Source: a virus. From it: 64,000 bases of DNA. Shown here one piece after another: positions 46,729-57,700 of this stretch. Below the pieces are notes generated by a model. The model was given only the letters and a program-made list of their open reading frames with translations, made no database searches and had not been told where the DNA came from. The position numbers and the translations under genes were made by a program. Location: positions 8,682 through 72,681 of IMG/VR virus record IMGVR_UViG_3300032278_000002; one strand, given 5' to 3'. How positions within the stretch are numbered: the first letter of the stretch is position 1; every line of letters starts with the position of its first letter.

Positions 46729-46844
46729 TGCTTAAGTCCCTCTATGATCAAGAACAGCACGGCTGCCGTCCCCATTACAACTAAAGCTTTCCCACGTCTG
46801 GAAAGGCCATTGAACCAATTAACCACTACTTTTATCTTTTCCAT
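46725..46844 (-). CDS. Small membrane protein (39 aa)
   Basis: Manual translation: MEKIKVVVNWFNGLSRRGKALVVMGTAAVLFLIIEGLKQ; GGAGG upstream. Confidence 0.5.
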   Translation of the reverse strand: MEKIKVVVNWFNGLSRRGKALVVMGTAAVLFLIIEGLKQ

Positions 46845-47271
46845 TTAAGTCCTCCACATGTTTTTTAACTTGTTTCTTTACGTGCCACCGGGCCCAAACT
46901 ATTGGTAGCACGAACCACCCTGCGCAGGCTATGCCCAGTAGCCACAATATTCGGTAGATGCCGTCAATTACTTTGTCGAAAGTGCCTTTCTGTTCCCCCG
47001 CCCGTAGTTCAATCATCTTCTTCACGTCGCCTTCGGATATCGCTTTGATGACTTCCTTGGTCTCTTCCTTCGCCTCCCGCACGTCCCCTTCTCCTTTTGC
47101 GATCTGACCGATCGCCGCACCAGCTCCCGACCCCACGGCAGCCCCGGCGATTCCCAGAGGACTCCCCGCTGCGCCTCCTACCACGGCGCCCATGGTGGGA
47201 TAAAATGTTCGCAATGAACATCCGCTCAGTCCGAGGAGGGCGACGATTCCGATGGTTTTGAGAGAGCGCAT
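46819..47271 (-). CDS. Lipoprotein with glycine zipper and C-terminal TM (possible u-spanin)
   Basis: Lipobox LSGC; GxxxG repeats; TM ILWLLGIACAGWFVLPIVW. Confidence 0.6.
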   Translation of the reverse strand: MRSLKTIGIVALLGLSGCSLRTFYPTMGAVVGGAAGSPLGIAGAAVGSGAGAAIGQIAKGEGDVREAKEETKEVIKAISEGDVKKMIELRAGEQKGTFDKVIDGIYRILWLLGIACAGWFVLPIVWARWHVKKQVKKHVEDLNGKDKSSG

Positions 47272-47387
47272 TGTTTTAGTATATTTGCGATAAGGAGATG
47301 TACCTCTGCATAGGGGCGAGTGGTCAAGATACTTAGGATAACATTAACCTCTTCTTCGGTAAGGCTCAACTGGTATTTTTCTAACAT
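47226..47387 (-). CDS. Small tail-fibre-associated protein
   Basis: LSLTEEEVNVILSILTTRPYAEVHLLIANILKQ, a pattern commonly seen after fibre genes; start re-assigned. Confidence 0.5.
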   Translation of the reverse strand: MLEKYQLSLTEEEVNVILSILTTRPYAEVHLLIANILKQCALSKPSESSPSSD

Positions 47388-50300
47388 TCCGATATATGTA
47401 TTCTGTCTAGGTAATAAGCATAAGGAGAGGGTGAGCTGGGGGCATCCGAATACGATCTCACGTATATGGTGTAGGTTCCCGAAACAGGCACAGTGATAAG
47501 GGGCCACTCGTCGTCCGCCATGGTGACCGGAGTGCCGTCAATGGTCCCTACGTTCGAAGACCAACTCGCCCCCGAGGCCAAGGTAAAGGCCGAATCATCC
47601 GAAAGGGTTCCGGAAATGTCCGTGTTGGCATACACCGTAGCATCTCCCACGAACTGTATTTCGTAAGTCTTTGTCTGATCCAAGTAAACGTCTTGTTGAG
47701 CTATGATGGGATCGTAATCCGGAGGTATGGTGCCGGAGTTCCCCCACCCACCTGTTGCAAACTTACCATCAGCCATGTCAAGGTGGTCCAAGGAAACGGT
47801 GTTATCTACGGTCCATCCCGCGAACGCTCCACTGGTTTCCATGAATTCCCCGTTCGTCAACACGTTGCTGGTAAAGTCCATGACATGGAACGAGTTGGCT
47901 GAGTTTCCAATGCCGGGCTGAATAGGTTCCCCCGACAGCGGTGTTCTACCATTCCGCCGAGCGGCTATGGTGAACGAATGGTCCGTCACGTCCTTGATGG
48001 GGTACACACCCGTAACTATTTCTGCTACGTTTTGCACCAAGATCCAAGCCCCTTCCCTATATTGAGGGAAATTGGACAAGTTCTCTATGGTAACGATGAT
48101 TGCATCGCACTCCGAGAACGCCAAGTAATCCAAATACACGCACGTGTGGTGTTGAGCGGTGAACTCCAGACAACCTAGAGTCGCCACGCTGGCGCCCCCT
48201 GTCCCGGTAACGGTGAAAGCATCCTCGGGGACTGCCGTAGTCCCATCACATTCAATTGGAGGAGGCGTCCCGGGGTCCGGTGGGTCGGGGGGATCCACGG
48301 GGGGATCTATTAACTCCTCTTCCGCACAGTCCACGCCGGGAGTACAATCGCCGTCGTTTAGCTCATAGCAGCAGGAGCCGTCCCACACCCAGCCGGGCGG
48401 GCATGGCTGGTCTACGCAGACAGGGTCTTCGTCCTCATCTTCGCCGACAGGTGTTGGGATCGGCGGCTCGGGAGGACTCCCCACCGGGTCTCCCATGACA
48501 GTACAGGAAGCCGGGCATTCCCACAAATCGTTATCAGGCTGTCCCCCGGCAGTTATCAAGGAATTTTGATAAATTTCACCAATTCCTACGATTCGACTCA
48601 ATTCTTCAATGGCAACTACGCCGGCTTCCAAACTACCTGCGTCACAATTCAAGGTGAATATCCCGTGAGTGGCGCTTTCGCAGTCCCCATGATCCCACAA
48701 ACCGCTGTCGCAATCCACTCGGGTGGGATGTTCATCCGTTTCGGCACCCGTTGGGGAAGCCATCGGCGGATCCCAATCGTCCAACCAACTCGCGCCGAAG
48801 GACCAAGGGTGGAATACTTCGGTATCTTGAAAATCCCATATATCCAAGGAGACCCACTCATCCCCATTCACCAAGAAGTTGGTGGGTCCATAGGTACGGT
48901 CGGCGTCGGAAGAGGCCCCTTTTTCAAAACCAAAGGACTGGATGGTACCTGATTTTTGGGACATCACCCACCCGTTGGCAGTTAGCGTTTCCGCCGCGTA
49001 ATACACGGTTTGACCCGCTGCGGAGGCGCCGTTGTACGTTACATCCCAGACACCGTCGGATTTGATCCATTTCCAACCATCCATTCCCGGTACGTCCGAA
49101 CCGGATTCCGTACTCTCCTCGCAAGCGTCCTCGGTGCAGGATCCCTTAAAAACAGCGTTCGACCCTCGCTCCGCTCCGGGGTGCGCAGTGGTGAAGTCGT
49201 TCCAGAAGGTCTTGAACTCGGCGAAGGTTATGGTCCCGGATTCATACTCCGCCCATTTTACAGCGGCCCAGCTTGGAAGGTACGGCAGGGTCGCTCCGTA
49301 CAGGGGAACGTCGGTAGTGCTCCCGTTATTCAGCATCATTTCCATTAACCCAACCCAATCCGAGTACGGATTCAGCGATCCGGCGGCGAAATGGGTGTCG
49401 AAAGGGCCCACTAATTCAACCGAGTATGAGAGTCCGTCGCTATCCGTGGGTATGAATACTTGCCCTTCCCCATTGGAACACCATGGCTCGAGATCGCCGT
49501 TGGCATCGCGCATCGAGCACCCGAGGCCGGCGTAACTAAAACGTCGATGTCCCCAAGAAGCCACGCATTCGTTGTCGTTTTCAGGGTCCACCGCCCCGTC
49601 AACATCTTCCTTCAACCGGACCGACCAATAACAACCTTCAATTGCCACCATGTTGTCGGCACCCTCTAAAATGAGCTCTTTTTTAGAGGATTCCGCGATA
49701 GTTGTGGCGCACACTCGGTAATCCACCAAAGTCCATTCCCCGGGGAGACCGGGAAGTCTTACGCAAGTACCGGGGTCGTACCGGCAACCGTCGTATTCCA
49801 AGGGGTGAAGGCATCTCCTTATGGTATTGCAGGGGAGCCCGAGCGACGCGGCTTGCGCCGTGGTTTGCACGCAAAGATCCACCAACTCGTCGATGGTATC
49901 CCACGTCTGCCCGTTCGCAGTGGGTTCGGGGATGATTACGCCCGCGGGTATCGCAGTTTCCACTACCCAGTAAGTAATGCGGCCGCAATCGTCGGGGTGC
50001 GAGACCTCGTCGGGATCTCCTGTAACGAAATACACGACTTGCCCCTCCGGCAGCCCCCCTGAGGGAACGGTATATCCATCGTTTAAAGGGACGGGCCAAA
50101 CGTTTTCGCCGGGATATGGAATTATGGGCACATACGTAAGATCGTCGTCATCCGGATCGGGGTTGTCGCAGTCACAAACGTCGGTTTGAAGTACAAACTT
50201 CACATGCCCCGCACCCATCGGCCGGTGGCTGGCTCCGCCCCCACCCACACTTCCGCCAAACTGGGCGGGCGCGCGATAACAGCTTCCGCGGCGTCCTTCG

Positions 50301-51145
50301 GGCCAAGCATTTTCGATTCCCACTCGACCTGCGACCACGTTACCGTGGATATTATCCAAGACCGCGTCTTGGATGCCTCCCTCTCCGTGGTAAGGATCTC
50401 CGTTATATCTATCCGAATAGAGGAACCAGAAATCGTCGTAACTGGAGTGCCACATCCCATATGCGCAGTCTCCCGACGGCATGTCGTCGGTGTCCACATA
50501 TTGGGAGTTCCACCCTATGCACTGAGATACATTACCACAGCGGGTAGCGTTAACTTGTTGATCGGAGGCTTCGCTTACCGCGGTTGCCCAAAAAGTCCCG
50601 TATTCGTTGTTGATGATCCGCACTTCGCAGTCGTCACCACACTCCCCTAACTTCAACACGTTGCTGTAATAAGTTCTCCAGTAATCAGACCCCGTTGATT
50701 TCCGATAAGGCGCCCCACTGTCTTCGTCGATGCCCCAGCCGGCCGGCGGCTTTCTAGGAAAGGTCAGCATTTCGGTGTCTTCTACCCACGGGCCCCACTC
50801 GTCGTCTACTTTACATCTCCTCTTTATTTTAAGGGGAAGGCAAAAATCCCGGGCTTCCGCATATGTGTGAAATTCATTGACGCCGTCTCCGTCATTGTCG
50901 TGGATATACTCACTCATCGAGATAGAGGAACCTGTGTCCGAAGAGGAGTCCTCGGAGCATCCGGCCCCTCCGGTGCAAGGAACATAGTCGCTCGTATCCT
51001 GCGCCAAGATAGTCGCGGAATCCGGTCCCTCCCCGTCGCAACTCCCCGAGGGGTCGGTCATGAGGGGTTCCATCACAATCATGCCGAAATACCGGCGATG
51101 AATGACTATCTTCCCCCGGATCTCACATATATTTGTATTTTTCAT
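47381..51145 (-). CDS. Cys-rich acidic virion/tail protein with CBM-like C-terminal domain
   Basis: 1254 aa; many Cys; Pro linkers; NVLTNGEF..GWTV. Confidence 0.65.
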   Translation of the reverse strand: MKNTNICEIRGKIVIHRRYFGMIVMEPLMTDPSGSCDGEGPDSATILAQDTSDYVPCTGGAGCSEDSSSDTGSSISMSEYIHDNDGDGVNEFHTYAEARDFCLPLKIKRRCKVDDEWGPWVEDTEMLTFPRKPPAGWGIDEDSGAPYRKSTGSDYWRTYYSNVLKLGECGDDCEVRIINNEYGTFWATAVSEASDQQVNATRCGNVSQCIGWNSQYVDTDDMPSGDCAYGMWHSSYDDFWFLYSDRYNGDPYHGEGGIQDAVLDNIHGNVVAGRVGIENAWPEGRRGSCYRAPAQFGGSVGGGGASHRPMGAGHVKFVLQTDVCDCDNPDPDDDDLTYVPIIPYPGENVWPVPLNDGYTVPSGGLPEGQVVYFVTGDPDEVSHPDDCGRITYWVVETAIPAGVIIPEPTANGQTWDTIDELVDLCVQTTAQAASLGLPCNTIRRCLHPLEYDGCRYDPGTCVRLPGLPGEWTLVDYRVCATTIAESSKKELILEGADNMVAIEGCYWSVRLKEDVDGAVDPENDNECVASWGHRRFSYAGLGCSMRDANGDLEPWCSNGEGQVFIPTDSDGLSYSVELVGPFDTHFAAGSLNPYSDWVGLMEMMLNNGSTTDVPLYGATLPYLPSWAAVKWAEYESGTITFAEFKTFWNDFTTAHPGAERGSNAVFKGSCTEDACEESTESGSDVPGMDGWKWIKSDGVWDVTYNGASAAGQTVYYAAETLTANGWVMSQKSGTIQSFGFEKGASSDADRTYGPTNFLVNGDEWVSLDIWDFQDTEVFHPWSFGASWLDDWDPPMASPTGAETDEHPTRVDCDSGLWDHGDCESATHGIFTLNCDAGSLEAGVVAIEELSRIVGIGEIYQNSLITAGGQPDNDLWECPASCTVMGDPVGSPPEPPIPTPVGEDEDEDPVCVDQPCPPGWVWDGSCCYELNDGDCTPGVDCAEEELIDPPVDPPDPPDPGTPPPIECDGTTAVPEDAFTVTGTGGASVATLGCLEFTAQHHTCVYLDYLAFSECDAIIVTIENLSNFPQYREGAWILVQNVAEIVTGVYPIKDVTDHSFTIAARRNGRTPLSGEPIQPGIGNSANSFHVMDFTSNVLTNGEFMETSGAFAGWTVDNTVSLDHLDMADGKFATGGWGNSGTIPPDYDPIIAQQDVYLDQTKTYEIQFVGDATVYANTDISGTLSDDSAFTLASGASWSSNVGTIDGTPVTMADDEWPLITVPVSGTYTIYVRSYSDAPSSPSPYAYYLDRIHISEC

Positions 51146-51489
51146 TAGTCCACCTTCACGGTACCGGTAAGTTCTATCTCGGCTTCTGGGTTCTTAAGTT
51201 GTTGGCCGGGAGCTATATACCCATTGTTGGAGACAAATCCTCCCTCTGACGCTAGGTTCGTTTCGGCAACGGTGTCCAATCCAGCGGAAGCGAGTAGCTG
51301 CAATAATTCTTTCCTCAAGTGGTTCTGGAAAAACGAATTCTTTGTAAAAGCTGTCACGAAATCCGCGTCGGTCCCTATGTAGTCTATCAAGCTGGAGAGG
51401 GTTACTCGCTGAGATTCCCCCTCTGCGTTAACGACGATTAGTGTGTCCCCGCTTTTGGCGAGGTCGAGTGGTAGCTCTGATAATTTCAT
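51145..51489 (-). CDS. Hypothetical structural protein
   Basis: 114 aa; MKLSELP..DTLIVV..RVTLSSL resembles fibre N-termini. Confidence 0.5.
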   Translation of the reverse strand: MKLSELPLDLAKSGDTLIVVNAEGESQRVTLSSLIDYIGTDADFVTAFTKNSFFQNHLRKELLQLLASAGLDTVAETNLASEGGFVSNNGYIAPGQQLKNPEAEIELTGTVKVD

Positions 51490-51734
51490 TTTCCTTTAGC
51501 CTTCCCTTTTTTGCCTTTTCTCCAGCCCCGGTTCTTCTTAACCGATACACATTTCAAATTTGATTTTTTATTATTGCGTGGATTACGATCTTTATGGTCA
51601 ACTTCCTTACCCTTCGGACATTTTTTACTACGGTTCGCTTTTTTGCGAGCATCGTTTCTTCTCCGTTGCGCCGGCTTTGACTGGTAGTCGCGGTACTCCT
51701 TCTTATAATTGCGCTTTCTCTTTTTCTTAGGCAT
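51486..51734 (-). CDS. Small HNH-like protein
   Basis: RNYKKEY..EVDHKDRNPRNNKKSNL..S.KKNR. Confidence 0.7.
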   Translation of the reverse strand: MPKKKRKRNYKKEYRDYQSKPAQRRRNDARKKANRSKKCPKGKEVDHKDRNPRNNKKSNLKCVSVKKNRGWRKGKKGKAKGK

Positions 51735-51735
51735 C

Positions 51736-54700
51736 TTATCTTTCGTAGCTTGTTATTAACTTGTCGTATTTATCAAATAGCCTCATGGCGTCTTGAACGC
51801 TTTCCCGGCCACCACTGGGCATGATGGAGAACAGTCGCCGAAGTTCCTTATCGTTGGGCTTTGACCTAAACACGTTATTCAAAGGGTGTCTGGACCTCCA
51901 TGATCGTCTCACCGCTTTATCTTCCTCATCGTAAAATTCTTTGGATCTCCGCAAAGCCTCAACGTAGAACTCCCTGAAATCCTCTCGATTGTCTTCCATT
52001 GCAGCCCGTAACATCAACGACGTATAATAAGATTGTTCGGTAGGCATACCTTGAATGGGGGCCCTAACTTCCAATCCCAGCTGTTCACCAGCTGCTTGAA
52101 GATATCTTTTTGCGTTTAATTTTCGGGTGACGGCAAATTCCGTGGGGGATATGGGAGGTAAACCTAAGTCCGTGCCAAGCTTGTTGGCTATTTGAAGAAA
52201 CTGTATAGCACCAGACATCCCCGGAGTTCCTCTAGTTACAGTTTGCCAGTCCACTCCTCCTTGCAACCACGTCCTTCTCACGGAGGTAACGAAGTTATCA
52301 AGCATCGAAGCTACGAAAATCCTTTCCATCGCCACCCCGCGCCCAACGCCCATTTTAGGATCCGTCCAATTCAGGGCCATGTGCATCATGGACCCAATCA
52401 AACCAAGTTGTCCTGTCCTATCCACGTCTTCGACTAAAGCTTGGAAATTTTTATATGCACCCAAACGCGTGGAATATTGACGGGCGTACGGGGCTTTCCC
52501 GCGAAGCTTTCGATCAAATTCGTCTAGCATAAAGGCCCACACAAGGGTTACGGGAAGGGAAGCCAAGGCCAAGTTCAACGCAAAGTGGCCCCACATGGCC
52601 TTTTCTTGAGCATCTCGAGAAGTATCCACGACACGTTGAGTTTGAGAAAAAGACCATCCCGTTATAATGCCAGCCAAACGCCCCACCTCATTGCCTTTGG
52701 TCCACCCCGGGCGTGTGTTTATGTTGGAATCCAAAGTCATTTCTCCTTGGGACATCAATACCATTCCCCTTAACATGGTCGCGTCGAGGATACCTTCTCC
52801 CATTTCATTGCGGCGGACCATGTCCCTAGCGACTTCGTCTATTGTTTTTCCTAAATATTCCAAACTTTTTATGGCTATGAACTTCATCCCTCGATCGTTC
52901 TTTCCAAATAATTTTTTAAGTAACTTAGGATTATCTATGACGGAAAACGACGGATTATTCATGACTGCTGGGTTGACTCGAAAGTATTCAGCCAAGGTTC
53001 TCGCACTTTCCACGTAAACTTTCATAAGTCCCACTGCATTACCGAGAGTGGTGGCTTTTGACCATACTTTGAACCCGTTCCAAGGCATCATGAGGTTCCC
53101 TTTGCTGAGTCTTTTCCCCACGGTTCTGAAAAATCTCTGCCAATTAATGCCGAACTTGTTTTTGTTTTGATATGCAAACCGGTAACCGACGTCCGCCATG
53201 GCGTATTCATCCCAATTCAAGTTTTCGAATTGGGTTTGGTAAATAAGGTCTTTCATGTACTGCTCTTCCTTGGACAGCGTGGCAATATCCATGGCAAACA
53301 CTTTCCCCCAGTCGTTGATTACGCTTTTCCCAGAGGTTTTGAAAGATTGGCTCAAAGCTTTTCGGGATTCTTTCGTCCATCCGCCCATGAAAAACGGCAT
53401 TACTGTCTGGCCCTGACTTTGCACAAGCCAAGAGCGAGGCCCGGCTAACACTCCCTGTACTATTAACCCCAAACCTTCTATAAAGCCCGGGATGTCCGCC
53501 ATCTCCCCCTGCCCCGAATTATAAACCTTGTTAAGAACACTCCGTATGCCGTCATTCTTATCCACAAGTTGTCGAGCAAATTTCATATATGCGTAGTGCT
53601 CCGAGCTGTTTTCCCCGAACTCAAGGTCAATTTTCCGCTGCCGGCGCTGGATTTCCGCTTGTAGTTTAGCGAATAGCCGGTTGCCTTCCTGCGCGTCGCG
53701 CCCGAAGGCTTTAGTTATTGCCAGTTTTTTCACTGACATCAAAGTGCCTACCTCGTCTCTCGGCACCAAGTCGTAATATTTTCTGGGAATGTAAGGGTTC
53801 GTGCGGGCGTCAATGATGAAATGTCCGGCCCCGGGGTTGAATATATTGGGGTCTTCCGTCATTTCAGCATTTATCTTCAACTTCCTCATGTCGAGGAACT
53901 GCTTTCGAATTTTCCCGTAAACTGTTTCCCTGCGTTCATTCAATGGGATTTCCTCGAAAGTGGAATCTTGTTCGGAAAGCAAAGCCACTAGATCCAAAAA
54001 CATCATTAACTGGTCCCCGCCAACTTGTGCTTCCGGGGATAGCTTTCCATAATTTTCTCCTATCATGTTGTCCCACAAACCCCTCAAGGAGGATATGCCG
54101 GTGGGGTCCAAGGGCTCTCCGTGTTTGTTCAAAATCTTTTCCATCAAAAATTCTTCCACGGGAATTACCATATTCCCCTTATCGGGGTTGGAATCATCCG
54201 CTGGCACGGTCACGGTTCCATGAAAATTAATTCGCCCGAAGGGTAAAAGGAACTCGAACTCGGTGAACAGGGGTTCAATTAAAAGATCTATGACGTCTTG
54301 AGTAAACTTTTGAGCTAAGTTTGGGTCTGTTAGGAGATACTCCACTCCCTCGAGCAAGGCAGTGGTAAAGGGCTCTGACTCAGTTTCTACTCCATCCACT
54401 TTGGTAAGTTGCTCGTAATCATGGAATATATCCATTCTCTTGAGCCTGAGCGGTGTGGTATTCCACCCTTTCTCCACGGCACGCCCATGAAGCATTTTCT
54501 GTTGCCCCGTAATCGGATCAAAAGTACGACTTCCTTTTCTAGCTACGCCTAGCCCCAGTTCGTCCCGAATTGAATTATACCACTTGCCATTGGCACCGTC
54601 CACGTGCAGGAGGTTCAGTAAAGCCACTTTGAACACTTCTACGTTTGCCCCTTTTCTTTGTACGGGAACTCTCCAGAACTCTTCGGCTACTTCCAACCCG

Positions 54701-57700
54701 GCTTCGTCGGACTCTACGTGCGGAGAACGATTCAATTGTATGGCCAAGGGGCGGTATATGTCGTTATGGAATCCCACGTGGTCGTTACCATACCCGGCCG
54801 CATGGGCTGCGCGACGAAAAGCCTTGCTCATTTTGGACGCCCATACCTTGGCTTCAGTCGAATATTTTAACATTACGTCGGTATACACGCGTAAGCGGCG
54901 AGCAAGTTCCCATCCAAACACAGACCCCGTTCTTTTCAACCGGTCAATGGGGGCTTCGAAGGCTCGCCCAATACCTTCCCAGAAGCCGGCGCTGCGAACT
55001 TCAAATAGATTTTTACGCAGGTTGAGTGCGAACAACTTATCGAACATAGCTTGAACCTGTCGGTACAGGGCCGTGCTCTTCTGATCCATGTTCTCAGATA
55101 GCCAAGCTTTCAAATACGACACGTGTTTGAGGAACCTCGTACGCGCGGCTTCTTCCCGAAGGTCCATGTCGGCAATGGCTAAATGGGCCAGCTTAAATGG
55201 TTCGCGTTTTTTCTGATGCCGATGCTCCATTCGTTTTTCAAGGATTTCTATCTTAGAAGGCAACGGCACCCACTTTTCCTCCCCATCTTCATTGGGGTTG
55301 CTTAATATCAACGGGAGGCCCCCGTCCATGCTCTGAGGCTGTAACACGAAATACTCCGCGTAAGAGCCGTCATCCTCGATGTTGCTGTATTCTTGAATAA
55401 CATGCAGCTCGTCTTCGTAGTGAGACACCGTATCATTTACTTTTTCCACTAAGGTGTCATATAATTCCAAAAACCTCTCATCTCGGTCCACTTGTTTAGA
55501 TAATTTGTCACGTTCATGAGCAGCTTCCGTGTATACTCGGATTAGTTTATCCGCGGTTTTGAGGGTTTTCCTCGTAGCCGTGGCGTTGAGTTGGTTTCGA
55601 ACCGTTATATAATCCTCGTCACCCCTTTCCAACGCCTCTATGCGTTTCCGGAGCGTTTTCTTCATCTCGGCGTCTTTCACCGTACGAACGTCAAACATTG
55701 TCATGATCCGAGCGGAGTGTTTCCCAATAGCTGCCAACGTGGCCAACAAGGGTCTGTTGGCTTTCAAAGCCTCCAACTTGTCTACCGTTTCCGTTCGTTC
55801 CTCCGCGGAAGTAAACCTCTTGTTATCCGACATCTTGGGATCGGACGCATAGTTTTTGACAGCTGCGACTACGTCACTCGGCCTAGCTGTTTCCCAGTCT
55901 ATGGTAAGATTTGCCAAAGCTTGAAAAGTTTCCCAAGCCTCCTTACCACCAGCGACCCGATTAAGTATCTTTTTTAAAAGGCTATCGGTTTCCTCCAAGG
56001 ACGCGAACCCCCCTATCTCCTCCAGTAAATTATCTCGTTCAGCGGCATTACTTGTAATTACGTTTATGGCACTCTCCATCTCAGCCCGTTTGACCAGCTG
56101 CTTTACTCTTTTTGAAATACCTCCCAAAAGAGCTTTGCCGTCATCGCGCCCCGGGCCATGCACTAACTTCAACTCCTCGGTCAAAGCTGATAATTCATCT
56201 TTATAAGTTTCCAACCCACGCAATCGGTCGTTTCTTTCACTTATCTTTTTCCCCAGCAACGTTTGAAATATTTTTTGGAGAGCCACCGTTGTCGCATCGT
56301 TCATGGCTTCAGTCATCTCCCCTAGAAAAGCAGTGTCCTCCAAACCCCCGGTTTTATAAAGGGGGTCAGCCATGTCCACGGCCAGCCTCTTCCGAGGGTC
56401 AGTGCTCTCTTTGTTCATCCCCAACCATTCAAAAATGTCTTCCGAGAGGACGCTCAATTCTTCTGCCCACTCCTCCGCGTGGGCAATGATTTCCCGGTTA
56501 ATCGCCAGCCGGATTAACTTATGATTCATTTCACCGGGCACATCCACCGGGGCTCCCCCGGCAGTCTCCCCGTGATAAGGCATGCTGTGATCCTCTATGT
56601 CGTCTTTACCAAACCAGCCGCCGAAGTATTCCTCCGTTCGACGTCGGTGAAATTCCTTGGACCAGTCGGGAGGGGGTATGTCCGCCCAGTTATCTGCAAC
56701 TAGTTTTGAAATATCCATGGCAATGGTATACGCCTCTTCTCCCAGAGAATTCACCACCATGGAATCCTTGCCTAAAAGTCTCTTGAACCAGTCAATAATA
56801 CTTTGTACGAGTTCGTGCCACATCGACACCCGCTGTTGCCCCCCGGGCCGAGTGAGCATCCAATTTATAAAAGGCGCGTTCGAGAGCATGGCGACAAAGA
56901 ATTCATCGGGAGTGTCTTGCTCGAAGACCCAATCCACCGCTTCTCGGTGCCACTCGGTGGCCAATTGATCCTCTTCCGTCTTGCTCTTCTTTTGTTTTTC
57001 CCAAACTTTCTTGGATCTGGCGAACACATCCTTCAACTCATTGTAGAATCCTGTAGCTTCTTTCGCCCTTGCCTTGGCCGCGCCCGGGTCTAACCCCAAG
57101 GCGGGGGATTGAGCCAGACGCTCCCCGGCCTCGGTTCGCGGCCTTTGCTGACGCCCTTCAACATAGTCCCGACGAGTGTCTCGTTCAGCATCTTCCAACC
57201 TACGAAAAGCATTCAAAAGCTGGTGAGATACTTCGTGAACAGAGGTTTCATATGCCCCGTGTCCGGCATGGACGAGAATGTCTGGCGACCATATTTTCGA
57301 TTGTCCCCTAACCCCTTCCCCGTCCTTATCCATATGATACAGCGACTGGCTTATGTATGCATTTATGCCGTCCAAGAAAGGCAACCCCCTCTCTTCCGCC
57401 ATGTCTTGAAATTTTAAAAGCAAACTTCTAGTGATGTTAACCAAGTCGGAAGCCCGGGTGAGGCCCTCCCGATCAGTTTCTTGCAACAGCCCGCGCAACA
57501 ACTGGGCGGCATTCATTTTTGCAAAATTACCATCCGCGCCCTCCAAATGAGCATATCCCTTTGTTTGAGCCCATGGGGATTTGGAAATTGGCACCAACGA
57601 ACTCTCCCTAAGAGCAGAGGGGCGCACAAACTCCACGGGCAGGTTGTCCGGAGACGGCATAAACACGTTTTCATTTAGATACTCGGCGGTAGACATTCCG

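Noticed and set aside
53558-53566. Perfect DnaA box TTATCCACA
   Set aside because: Single copy inside a CDS, expected by chance
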